Below the pieces are notes generated by a model, which did no database searches, was not told where the DNA came from, and saw only the letters and a program-made list of their open reading frames with translations. Positions 1-8,666 of a DNA stretch of 64,000 nucleotides are shown here, piece by piece. Source of the DNA: an uncultured Spirochaetota bacterium (GTDB lineage Bacteria; Spirochaetota; Spirochaetia; SZUA-6; Fen-1364). Position numbers and translations under genes: made by a program. Numbering within the stretch: the first letter of the stretch is position 1; each line of letters begins with the position of its first letter. The stretch is from the NCBI GenBank assembly GCA_963845535.1, contig CAWJSK010000001.1:37396-101395 (forward strand), read 5' to 3'.

Positions 1-911
1 CGGAGAGTCCCGAAGGTCGGGATGCGCTCGAAGACCGTCATCAGGATGCTGCTTGTGATCACCGTGGCAGCCACCACCGCGATGATGATGTCGATCACCA
101 GGGAGTAGATGTTCCCAAGGTTGATGAGCGTGACCAGTCCGCCCTGGATTTCCCGCCAGGTTTCGACGGTGGGTTTCTCATCCGAGAAAAGGGAAGTGAT
201 ACTCTTTGCAACGCCCGGAGCCGCCTCTGGTTGGGTGAGGGTGATGCGGAGCTCAGAGGCGCTGTGGGGGAGGTCGAGCAGATTCTGCGCGTCCTTGAGC
301 CCGATGAAGAAGACACCCTCATCCGTTTGCTCGACTCCCGTGGAGAATATGCCTGTGACCGGATACGAGAGGTAATACGGGCTTCCGCTTGCGTCCTGGA
401 CCAGAACCACAATGGGATCAGAAAGCGCAAGGCCGAGCAGCCGCGCAATGCTTTCTGAGACGGAAACGCCTCCGGCGGAAAGGAATGATCCCGCGCGCAC
501 GCTTTTGCGCACGTCGGCAAAGAAGCGAGTGTCCGGCTCCACCGCCTGCCCGACGATGGCCACGTTCTTGTCACCATGGACGAGGAGCGCGCCGAACTGG
601 AGCATCGGCTCGATGACCGCAAGGTGCGGTGCAATGGAGGCGTCACCCTTGATCTTGTCGATCATGTCCTGAGGGTTGTTCAGGACGTAGGCAAGGGAGT
701 AAGGATCAAGCCGATTCTGCCATCCGGATGCATGGATCTGCACGTGTCCCGTCCCCTGGAGGAGGTTTTCGAAGAACGATGAACGCAGGCCGCCCAGCAT
801 TCCTTCCACGAATATCATGACCACGACGGAGACGGCCACGGAGACGGCAATCACGGTGCTCCTGCGTCGATGGCTGAGAATGCTCAAGATGGCAAGACGC
901 ACAAAAAACAT
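1..911 (-). CDS. ABC transporter permease, FtsX/MacB/LolE-like (N-terminal part; gene continues past window start)
   Basis: Absent from the ORF track because it runs off the edge. My translation from the ATG at 911 gives MFFVRLAILSILSHRRRSTVIAVSVAVSVVVMIFVEGMLGGL..., then a long extracytoplasmic stretch, then the TM segment IIIAVVAATVITSSILMTVFER. This is the usual MacB/LolE permease layout. ATGA overlap with the stop of the upstream ATPase gene. Confidence 0.7.
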   Translation of the reverse strand, partial: MFFVRLAILSILSHRRRSTVIAVSVAVSVVVMIFVEGMLGGLRSSFFENLLQGTGHVQIHASGWQNRLDPYSLAYVLNNPQDMIDKIKGDASIAPHLAVIEPMLQFGALLVHGDKNVAIVGQAVEPDTRFFADVRKSVRAGSFLSAGGVSVSESIARLLGLALSDPIVVLVQDASGSPYYLSYPVTGIFSTGVEQTDEGVFFIGLKDAQNLLDLPHSASELRITLTQPEAAPGVAKSITSLFSDEKPTVETWREIQGGLVTLINLGNIYSLVIDIIIAVVAATVITSSILMTVFERIPTFGTL

Positions 912-1603
912 CAGGACGCCTCCGCCGCGCCGGCAGTCTCAAGCTCACCGTCCTTGAGCCGGATGAGCCTGGTCGCGAAACTCAGAATCGCGGGGTTGTG
1001 CGTGGAGAAGATGAACGTCACTCCGTCACGCTCGTTGAGGCCCTTGATGACCTGAAGGACTTCATTGCCTGTCCTGCTGTCCAGGTTCGCGGTGGGCTCG
1101 TCCGCTATGACGAGATCGGGATGGTTCACCAGCGCCCGGGCAATTGCGACCCTTTGCCTCTGCCCGCCGGAAAGCTCGCCAGGCTTGTGTTTTCGAAACG
1201 GGGTCAGGCCGACCGTCTCGATGAGCTGGTCGGCAATTTCCCTTCTTTGGGCAGGGGAGACTCGCGCGAGCACCATGGGCAGCTCGACGTTCTCACGCAC
1301 GGAAAGGACGGGAACGAGGTTGAATGTCTGGAAGATGAAGCCGATCCGGTGCAGCCTGAGGTCCGCCAGCCCAGAGTCCGACAATGATCCGACGTCCCGC
1401 CCGCCGAAGAGGACCCTGCCTTGCGTTGGCGCGTCGATGCAGCCCATCAGGTTGAGCAGCGTCGTCTTTCCGCATCCGGAAGGCCCCATGACGGAAAGAA
1501 GCTCTCCCGGTTCCACGGAAAGGGAGACTCCGCGGAGCGCGTGGATGATGGCGTCCCCAAGGGCGTAATCTTTTGCGGCGTTCTGAAGCTCGATCAAGGA
1601 CAT
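911..1603 (-). CDS. ABC transporter ATP-binding protein (LolD/MacB-type)
   Basis: Walker A GPSGCGKTT, ABC signature LSGGQRQRVAIARAL, Walker B LVIADEPT, H-loop FSTHN. Confidence 0.92.
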   Translation of the reverse strand: MSLIELQNAAKDYALGDAIIHALRGVSLSVEPGELLSVMGPSGCGKTTLLNLMGCIDAPTQGRVLFGGRDVGSLSDSGLADLRLHRIGFIFQTFNLVPVLSVRENVELPMVLARVSPAQRREIADQLIETVGLTPFRKHKPGELSGGQRQRVAIARALVNHPDLVIADEPTANLDSRTGNEVLQVIKGLNERDGVTFIFSTHNPAILSFATRLIRLKDGELETAGAAEAS

Positions 1604-1613
1604 GTCCTCCCCC

Positions 1614-2957
1614 TTAGAAATGGACGATCATTCCTGCGCTGGCCGCAAGCCGCACCGGCAAGCTGCCGAACTCAGTGGTGCTGTCCTGTCCCCACGCGGT
1701 GATTGCGCGGGCAAACGCGTCTATTCCCTCCAGACCCGTGAAGCGAAGCTCGGCCTGGAGCGCCAGGCTCCAGTCCTGAAGATTGATGACGGCCGCGCTG
1801 TCCGCGGAGAAAAGCTTGTTCACCGAGGCGTTGATGGAAAGCGCCCCATAGTGCTGGCCGAGGGAAGGGATCACTTCCCCGCTGGAAAACCATGCGCCGC
1901 CGGCCACGGAGCCCAGGAGCGCCCCTGATTGGTTCCCGGAGCCGTGCGCCGTGGACAGGGCGGAAAGGAGGTCATCAAGAAACCTGCCGGCTTCGGAAGG
2001 GCTGTAACCCGTGCTGTCATACAGATACTCGACAGTCGCCGTGACAGAGGCCGTGTCCGTGGAAGCTGCTCGCTGCAGCCCGATGGTGGCAATCGGAAAG
2101 GCGCTTCCGAACCCGGGGCTCGAATACGAGCCGTCCGGCTGGGGGTACAAGTCGCTGTTGGACAGCTCCACGGCAACGGCGCCGTCAAGGATGAACCCCA
2201 GGACGTCCACGGAAAAGTCGACAGTGGGCCGAAGCACTCTTTGCCACTGCCATGTCGCGCCGGCGTGCAGGTCGAGGTCCCCGAGGAAAGCTTCGACGTA
2301 CAGGGCGTACCGCAGCTCCAGCCAGGGATTTTCCGCGGAGGGAAGGTAGGGAGCAAGAAACGGAAGCGATGGCGCAAGGCTCGTTTCCGTGGAGTAGGGC
2401 AGGCCCGGGAGCTCTGCAATGCCGGTAAAGGCCGTGTCCATGCGCACGCTTGCCGTGACGCTCAACGAGGCTGAGGGAGCAAGGGAAGCCGAGAAGCCGT
2501 AGAAGCCCTCCGAACGGTTCTGGGGATTCACCGGCGGATTGATCCTGTCACCGGGAAAGAAGGCGTACCCTGTTCCCCAGGAAATCCTCTGCTTGCCCAG
2601 GACGAGGGTCAGGGCGGGCAGGGGAGTCACGGCGACGTATGCCTGGAGCAGATCATTCTGCAGCGTCCCCCCGTCGGACCCCTGCCACCAGTACACGGAG
2701 TCCGCCACATACAGCTGACCGCTGTCGAAGGAAAGGCGCTCATTCAGGTCGAGCTGCGCCTGGCCGGTCAGGAGTTGAGAGCCCGCGCCCATTCCGATTG
2801 AGCTGGCTGTCACGGGGTCTGGCGCGGCAAGGAAATCCTGGCCGAAGATCTGCAGATCACCGAAGAGCATCTGCGTTTGTGCGGCCAAAGGGCGCGCGGC
2901 AAACAAGGTCATGAGAAGCAACGCGACCACGGTTGCTGTTGAAAAGAATCGCTTCAT
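1614..2957 (-). CDS. putative outer-membrane beta-barrel protein (unknown family)
   Basis: Signal peptide MKRFFSTATVVALLLMTLFAARPLAAQ. Alternating, aromatic-rich composition and a C-terminal ...GMIVHF ending in Phe, typical of OMP barrels. Sits inside the LolA-like/ABC operon. Confidence 0.55.
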   Translation of the reverse strand: MKRFFSTATVVALLLMTLFAARPLAAQTQMLFGDLQIFGQDFLAAPDPVTASSIGMGAGSQLLTGQAQLDLNERLSFDSGQLYVADSVYWWQGSDGGTLQNDLLQAYVAVTPLPALTLVLGKQRISWGTGYAFFPGDRINPPVNPQNRSEGFYGFSASLAPSASLSVTASVRMDTAFTGIAELPGLPYSTETSLAPSLPFLAPYLPSAENPWLELRYALYVEAFLGDLDLHAGATWQWQRVLRPTVDFSVDVLGFILDGAVAVELSNSDLYPQPDGSYSSPGFGSAFPIATIGLQRAASTDTASVTATVEYLYDSTGYSPSEAGRFLDDLLSALSTAHGSGNQSGALLGSVAGGAWFSSGEVIPSLGQHYGALSINASVNKLFSADSAAVINLQDWSLALQAELRFTGLEGIDAFARAITAWGQDSTTEFGSLPVRLAASAGMIVHF

Positions 2958-2978
2958 TGGGCATCCACCGCGCAGGCG

Positions 2979-3746
2979 CTATCTCGTGAGGGCCGCCAGG
3001 CTGAAGAGAGCGTCCGACAGGTCAGGCTTTTCCTCGAGGCTCGTTATGGTCATGACGGATTCGCGGTCAGGCTGATCGAGTGAGATCATGCGGATGACCG
3101 TGGGACGTTCGCGTCCGGCCAATTCCCGGATGCCCGTGAAGAGAGCGCGCTTGAAGAGCAGGCCGGATTTCGCGTAATACTCCCCCTTCAGCAGCATGTC
3201 GTCACTGGACCGGACCCAGAGCTTGATCTTCGAGTAGGCCACCGACTCATTGCGCGCCGTCCCTTCCAGCACGATCGTCGGCACGCTGCCCAGGTCTGGA
3301 TGGTCGATAGTCTCCGTGCCCGCGAGGCGCATGACGTACTCAGTCGAATACTGCGGGTCCCCGATGTCGCGGTTGGAGAAGACGCTTCCCTGGAATGCGG
3401 CCTTCGGGGAGAGCCTGATTGCCTGGCTGGTGCCCGCTTGTGGGTTGAAAAGCCACAGCGCGTCTTCCTTCTGGAGAAAGCGCAGCCCGCGCGACCGGGC
3501 AGGCGCGAGCAGCTCGACGCGCGAGCCAATGCTCCTCTTGAAGGACACCGCCATTTCCATCCGAGGAGGACTCTCGCCGGATTGCAGGGTTTCGAGCGTG
3601 GCATGCATGACGAAGGCGTCAGGAAAGACGGATTGCTCCGCGCTCCGAACAACCTGATCCGCCGTGAGGGCCTGGGCCTCCGCCGGCTGCAGGCTTTCGG
3701 AGAATACAAGCCCAACGAGCGCGAAAGCGAAGGTGATCTTTCTCAT
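2979..3746 (-). CDS. LolA-like outer-membrane lipoprotein-sorting protein
   Basis: The track ORF 2979..3869 has an implausible R/P-rich N-terminus. The internal ATG at 3746 (MRKITFAFALVGLVFSESLQPAEAQ, signal peptide) is preceded by AAGGAGG and overlaps the TetR stop as ATGA. The family call rests on resemblance to LolA-like proteins found next to MacB-type transporters. Confidence 0.6.
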   Translation of the reverse strand: MRKITFAFALVGLVFSESLQPAEAQALTADQVVRSAEQSVFPDAFVMHATLETLQSGESPPRMEMAVSFKRSIGSRVELLAPARSRGLRFLQKEDALWLFNPQAGTSQAIRLSPKAAFQGSVFSNRDIGDPQYSTEYVMRLAGTETIDHPDLGSVPTIVLEGTARNESVAYSKIKLWVRSSDDMLLKGEYYAKSGLLFKRALFTGIRELAGRERPTVIRMISLDQPDRESVMTITSLEEKPDLSDALFSLAALTR

Positions 3747-4381
3747 CTCCCGGCCTCCTTCGTGCGGGTGGATGCGCGCTTGCGGTCGCCGCGCTCGATT
3801 CCGCGCAGGATCAGGTCCGTGGACAGGCGCAGTTGGGCAAGGTCCGCCATTGAGCGGTCGAACACCCACAGGAGGAGGTTCCCCTCCATGGACGCCATGA
3901 TGGCGAGGGCGATCCGGCGGGAATCAACCGCGCGGAACTCTCCCGCGGCGATCCCCTGCTCGATGACCCTTTGAATACCGTCAATGAAGATCCTGAAGAA
4001 CTCCTGGAAAGCCTTCTTCATGACCTTGTTTCGAAACGCAACGGAATAGAACTCGAACGTGATTGGCATGAGCCTTTCCATCAGCGCGATGTCCTTGACC
4101 ATGGACTCCGCGAACGCGACAAGACGCTCCCGCGCGGGCCCCCCGGCATCAGCAAGGGTGCGGACGCGGTTCAGCTCCGGCCGCATAAGGCGCTCCAGAA
4201 GGGCCACGATGAGCGCGTCCTTGCTCTTGAAGTACCAGTACAGGAGCCCTTTGCTGAGACCGGTCTCCTGGACAATGTCATCCATGCGCGCGCCGCCGAA
4301 CCCCTTCTTGGAAAAGACGCGCGCGGCAGCCTCCACGATCTCAGCCTTGCGCTTGTCACTGACATCAGGTCGAGGCGCCAT
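3743..4381 (-). CDS. TetR/AcrR family transcriptional regulator
   Basis: N-terminal HTH KRKAEIVEAAARVFSKKGFGGARMDDIVQETGLSKGLLYWYFKSKDAL is canonical TetR_N. Confidence 0.92.
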   Translation of the reverse strand: MAPRPDVSDKRKAEIVEAAARVFSKKGFGGARMDDIVQETGLSKGLLYWYFKSKDALIVALLERLMRPELNRVRTLADAGGPARERLVAFAESMVKDIALMERLMPITFEFYSVAFRNKVMKKAFQEFFRIFIDGIQRVIEQGIAAGEFRAVDSRRIALAIMASMEGNLLLWVFDRSMADLAQLRLSTDLILRGIERGDRKRASTRTKEAGR

Positions 4382-4403
4382 GTCCTTCCTCCCGTGGCAT
4401 AGA

Positions 4404-4431
4404 ATAACTGGCCGACTGGTCGGTCAGTTAT
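4404..4431. promoter_or_regulatory. 28-bp imperfect palindrome, candidate TetR operator
   Basis: ATAACTGgCCGACtgGTCGGtCAGTTAT lies in the divergent region between tetR (start 4381) and the asnB-like gene. Confidence 0.5.
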
Positions 4432-4575
4432 CAATATCGCGTGAAACAGCCCGCGCGTCAAGGGAGAAAATGCCGAGACCTTTCCGCAGTTGACCCGGAA
4501 CGAGGCTCTGTCCACATTGAAAGTGAGGGATATCCCCTCGAGCGTACCCCTGCCAGATGGTCCGAGGAGGTTCAC

Positions 4576-6210
4576 GTGTGCGGAGTTTGTGGAGTCATTG
4601 CGAAAGACGGAAGAAGCGACACGACCGGTCTCGTGTTGAGGATGCTCAAGGAGATGAGCCATCGGGGACCTGACAGCGCGGGGGTCTGCTGGGACGGCGG
4701 GTCCATCACGGCCGCCAACCTGGAGGACCTGGTGCGTCGCGCCGGGGACGTGCGCGCGCCCAGGACGCTTGGGCACGCGCGGCTTCGCATCACGGGCGGG
4801 GACCGTGGTCTCCAGCCGTTTGTGGGCGGGGCGGGAAAACTCAGCCTTGTGTTCAACGGTGAGATCTACAACTTCAAGACGCTGCTCGGACTTCACCCCG
4901 GCTGGCAGAGCGACACCGATGGCGAAGTCCTCTTCCGCATGGTTTCGGAAGCATACGCCGGGGACCTTGTCGGCGCCGTCCAGAACACGGTCAGGTCGCT
5001 GGACGGAGTGTATGCATTTTCGGTGATGGACGCGCATGAGATCGTGCTTGTCCGGGACCGTCTCGGCGTCAAGCAGGTGTACTACGGGGAGAACGACGGC
5101 TTCCTGGCCTTCGCTTCGGAGCGCAAGGCTCTCTGGAGCTGCGCAATGCGAAGTCACAGGCTCAACCCGGGGGAAATCCTGCGCATGAGCCCGCGCGGCG
5201 TTGAGCGCGTACCCGGCCAACCCTTTTCGCTCCTGCCAATCACGTATACCGACGCCGCGGAGGCCCGCGCGGTGTATCGCCGTGCGATTGTGGAGGCTGT
5301 TCGCAAGCGCGTCGAGGGCCACCGCAAAGTCGGCGTTCTCTTTTCCGGCGGCGTGGATTCAGTCCTTGTCGCGCGAATTGCAATGGAGCTTTGCGCCGAG
5401 GTGATCGGATACGCAGGCGGCGTGCCGGGGTCTCCCGACCTCACAAGCGCCGTGGAGGCTGCTCGCGCCATCGGTCTCCCTCTTCGCGTCAAGGAGCTTG
5501 ACGGCCCTGCCATCGAGGAGCAGCTGCCGGAGACAATTGCGGCAATCGAGGACCGGGACCTCATGCAGGTCGAGGTGGCCATCCCCATGTATGCGGCTCT
5601 GCGGCTGGCGCGGGAGGACGGTGTTCGGGTGGTGCTGAGCGGCCAGGGAGCGGACGAGCTGTTTGGCGGCTACGAATGGTATCCCCCGATCCTGGCTGAA
5701 CAGGGGGAAACGGCGCTCCTGACCTGCATGTGGAGCGACCTCGCCAATCTCTACCGGGACACACTCGAGCGTGAAGACAAGATGAGCATGGCCCATTCCA
5801 TCGAGCTGCGCGTGCCCTTCCTGGACCCCGCGGTGATTGCGGAGGCAATGCAGATATCCCCGCTGCTCAAGATCGACACCACGGCCGGGTCCCAGGATCC
5901 TCTTCGCAAGCGGGTTCATCGGGACCTGGCGCTCGAGCTCGGCGTTCCGCGCTCCATTGCGTTTCGGCTGAAGGACGGGGCGCAGCATGGATCAGGCATC
6001 CACGCTGCCCTCGAAGCGGTCGCGAAAAAGCACACGCCCCGGCGCCGGCGCGCGCCCATTGTGCTGGACGAGCCGGAGCTTCGCGGAAGCGCCTTCCGCC
6101 ACGGGGGGATCGACGTGCATGGAGGCCTCTACGGGTCCGAGGAAGCGCGGGCGTACGTGAACGCGGCGGCGCGCAAAGTTTTCGAGCCGCTCGTGCGCGC
6201 AATTGCCTGA
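4576..6210 (+). CDS. asparagine synthase (glutamine-hydrolysing) family amidotransferase
   Basis: A GTG at 4576 gives the N-terminus M-CGVCGVI (Ntn-amidotransferase Cys2) and is preceded by GAGGAGG. The synthetase domain carries VGVLFSGGVDSVLVA (PP-loop SGGxDS). The track ORF starts upstream at 4441, which would bury the catalytic Cys. Confidence 0.85.
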   Translation: MCGVCGVIAKDGRSDTTGLVLRMLKEMSHRGPDSAGVCWDGGSITAANLEDLVRRAGDVRAPRTLGHARLRITGGDRGLQPFVGGAGKLSLVFNGEIYNFKTLLGLHPGWQSDTDGEVLFRMVSEAYAGDLVGAVQNTVRSLDGVYAFSVMDAHEIVLVRDRLGVKQVYYGENDGFLAFASERKALWSCAMRSHRLNPGEILRMSPRGVERVPGQPFSLLPITYTDAAEARAVYRRAIVEAVRKRVEGHRKVGVLFSGGVDSVLVARIAMELCAEVIGYAGGVPGSPDLTSAVEAARAIGLPLRVKELDGPAIEEQLPETIAAIEDRDLMQVEVAIPMYAALRLAREDGVRVVLSGQGADELFGGYEWYPPILAEQGETALLTCMWSDLANLYRDTLEREDKMSMAHSIELRVPFLDPAVIAEAMQISPLLKIDTTAGSQDPLRKRVHRDLALELGVPRSIAFRLKDGAQHGSGIHAALEAVAKKHTPRRRRAPIVLDEPELRGSAFRHGGIDVHGGLYGSEEARAYVNAAARKVFEPLVRAIA

Positions 6211-6224
6211 GCGCGCCGCCGCGT

Positions 6225-7094
6225 TCAGCCGTCGGCTGCGTCGATGAGGGCCACCAGGCTGCGCAGGCGCCGAATGACAGCGTCGGGCCGCGGGAGCCCT
6301 GGGCTGCCACGCGCCGGCGCGTAGGACCGGCCGTCCAAGGCCGCAAGGACGGTCATGAAACCCGCTTTCGCCGCGGGCTCAACGTCGTTCTGCTGATCAT
6401 TGCCTGCCATGAGGACTTCCTCCGGACGGAGCCCCGCCTCACGGAGCCTTTGGCGCGCAAGGTTGAAAAGGGCTTCTTCCGGCTTGGCAATTCCAAAGTC
6501 ACATGAGTAAAGGCACAAGGGGCTTCCGAACCCCAGGTCTTCCAGGTCCACCCCCAGGAGCGCATGCAGGAAGAGGGGTGTGTAGAATTGCGCGTTCGAA
6601 ATGATCCCGAGAACGGTTTCACGGCGGGCAAGGGCGCGGAGAAGGCTGAGGCAGCCGGGCATCTGCCACGCGGGATGGGTGGCCAACTCGTACTCGACGA
6701 TCATTCCCCGCAGCTCATCAGGCGGGCGGTCCGGGAAAAGGCCGGCCCATATGCTTTCGATGGATACCTCAGGATTCTCTTTCCCGAGCGCCCGCTGCGC
6801 GGCGTGCCGCTGGCTGATCAGAGACTGCAGGTCAGCCATCAACTTCGAGGCAGTCGTGGGCAGCCTGTGCCGCCGTGTGATGGCCTCCACCCCGCGCTGC
6901 TGCGCGGCGTGCCGCGGGTGAAGGTCACCGATGCGAATGAGAAGGGTTCCGTAGACATCGAAGAGCACCGCCCTTGGTTTCCGGGGAAGGCTGCCGAGGT
7001 CGGTCACTCCCGTGGGGACGGCTCGAATGCGCTTCGATCCTCGCTTGATCACATCAACCAGCTCATCCATCTCGTGAGGGCTTTCGAGTCTCAT
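6225..7094 (-). CDS. HAD-superfamily phosphatase
   Basis: Motif I FDVYGTLL and motif II IISNA, plus a C-terminal GNDQQNDVEPAAKAGF motif. A start at 7094 (MRLES) or 7070 (MDELV) lies just after the stop (7099) of the upstream GT gene; the longer track ORF overlaps that gene. Confidence 0.75.
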   Translation of the reverse strand: MRLESPHEMDELVDVIKRGSKRIRAVPTGVTDLGSLPRKPRAVLFDVYGTLLIRIGDLHPRHAAQQRGVEAITRRHRLPTTASKLMADLQSLISQRHAAQRALGKENPEVSIESIWAGLFPDRPPDELRGMIVEYELATHPAWQMPGCLSLLRALARRETVLGIISNAQFYTPLFLHALLGVDLEDLGFGSPLCLYSCDFGIAKPEEALFNLARQRLREAGLRPEEVLMAGNDQQNDVEPAAKAGFMTVLAALDGRSYAPARGSPGLPRPDAVIRRLRSLVALIDAADG

Positions 7095-7098
7095 ACCG

Positions 7099-8610
7099 TT
7101 AGTCAAACAGCAGCCTGAGGTGATGAGCGTCGAGGAAAGCGGCTCGCATCCTTTGCTGGACTTTCGCGGGATGGGCGCCCTGCGCCTGCGCTGCCGGATG
7201 ATCGAAAGATTCCAGCAGGTGATCCACCCGGGACGCGTACGCCGCAAGGCCGAAGGATTGATCCACCGCCTGGATGCGCGGCTGCGGGCGCTCGGCAAGC
7301 AGGGCTTCCAGATTTACCGCAAGGCCTTGGTTCCGCCTTTTCAGCTCGGACCGGAAGTCGGACTTTTCCGCCGCGGCCCGCAGAAGCCTCAGCTGCAAAG
7401 CCGGGTCGAGAAAGGAGAAATCCACAGCGTCAAAAGCGAAAATCCGCTGAAGCTCAGCGTTGAGCTTCCCGACAGCGTCCGCCGGGGCAAGCTTCGTCAG
7501 GCGCTTCAGCTTGGCCCCGTATCGCGTCTGCAACGCTTTTCTTTCGGCGGCCTCCACGGGGCACGGAAAGCTTGTGTAAAAATGCGCTGGATACCCGTCG
7601 TACAAACCGTCCGAGCCCGGAGTGGTATCAAGTCGGCGAGCCAGGAGGGGAAGCCCCCACTGAAGCGCCTGCACGAAGAGATAGCCAAAACCTTCCTGAA
7701 CGGAGCTGCAGACAACGATGTCGCAGGCAGCAGCCATTTGATCCACGCCCAGATCGGCCAGCCGTAGCCCGGCAGAGAGCTCGCCGGGGATGAGCCCTGA
7801 ACGGAACGCGCCCTCAACGAGGTTGCTGTACGCCCTCTCTGCGTCGGACACACCGGGGAGCGTGACAATGAGGCGCAGCGGAGCGTCCACCAGCCGAAGC
7901 ATCAGGCCCGCCTCGAGGACGTTTTTTCTGCGGATGCATCGCACGGGGTACAAAAGCGTTGGATGCGCCGGATCAGAACCAGGGGAAAGCCGGGAGCGCA
8001 GCGCGCGTCTGTCCTCATGCCTGGGCGCTGTCTCCGGGCGGGCAACCGGGTTTTCCAGGAGAAAGAGGCAGGACTCCGGCAGGCCTGCCCTTTTGAGCAG
8101 CCCGAGGTCCCTGCGATTTATCAGTGCGTAACGCACGCGCGGTCCGCAAGGATACAGCGGCGCAGTAATCGACCTGTCCAATGCGCGAAGGTTGTCGTAC
8201 CTGCCCGCCTCCGGGAAGTCGTGAGGCTGCAGGATCATCCGCGGCCCGTCCGCCAGAGCGGCAATGTGAAGCAGCGCCTCCGTGAGGAGCGGGTTCTTGC
8301 CCAGATGATAGTTGTGGACCCACCAGACTGCGCCGTTGCCGCCAAAGCGCTCCAGGAGGATCTCCGCCAGGTGCCGTGCTCTTTGCTTCCAGAGAAACCG
8401 GGAGAACGGGGGTGCAGGCGCGTAGTCGATCTCCGGCATGCAAGTGATCTGGGCACCGGGAATTGACGGCCCGTTCTCCGGCAGCCTGCCGGCCACGATC
8501 CTTATCCGGGAAACGCGGGAGGAGTGTTTGAGAAGCGCCTCTGCGCCGAGCCTGATGACGGAGGTCACGCCGCCGGGCATGAGGTGGTGATGAAAGATCA
8601 CCAGGTCCAT
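7099..8610 (-). CDS. GT4-like (GT-B) glycosyltransferase, about 500 aa
   Basis: N-terminus MDLVIFHHHLMPGGVTSVI. C-terminal SSVQEGFGYLFVQALQWGLPLLAR resembles the GT4 E-x7-E region. A HAD phosphatase follows 4 nt downstream. Confidence 0.6.
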   Translation of the reverse strand: MDLVIFHHHLMPGGVTSVIRLGAEALLKHSSRVSRIRIVAGRLPENGPSIPGAQITCMPEIDYAPAPPFSRFLWKQRARHLAEILLERFGGNGAVWWVHNYHLGKNPLLTEALLHIAALADGPRMILQPHDFPEAGRYDNLRALDRSITAPLYPCGPRVRYALINRRDLGLLKRAGLPESCLFLLENPVARPETAPRHEDRRALRSRLSPGSDPAHPTLLYPVRCIRRKNVLEAGLMLRLVDAPLRLIVTLPGVSDAERAYSNLVEGAFRSGLIPGELSAGLRLADLGVDQMAAACDIVVCSSVQEGFGYLFVQALQWGLPLLARRLDTTPGSDGLYDGYPAHFYTSFPCPVEAAERKALQTRYGAKLKRLTKLAPADAVGKLNAELQRIFAFDAVDFSFLDPALQLRLLRAAAEKSDFRSELKRRNQGLAVNLEALLAERPQPRIQAVDQSFGLAAYASRVDHLLESFDHPAAQAQGAHPAKVQQRMRAAFLDAHHLRLLFD

Positions 8611-8666
8611 GACTCTACAATAAAGGGCCTCGCCCCTTTGATGTCAATTCTCGTGCGCAATTTCCC

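Noticed and set aside
95-646. 183-aa minus-strand ORF and several plus-strand ORFs at the window start.
   Set aside because: A different minus-strand frame encodes a coherent FtsX-type permease across the whole interval. The listed ORFs are S/R-rich alternatives.
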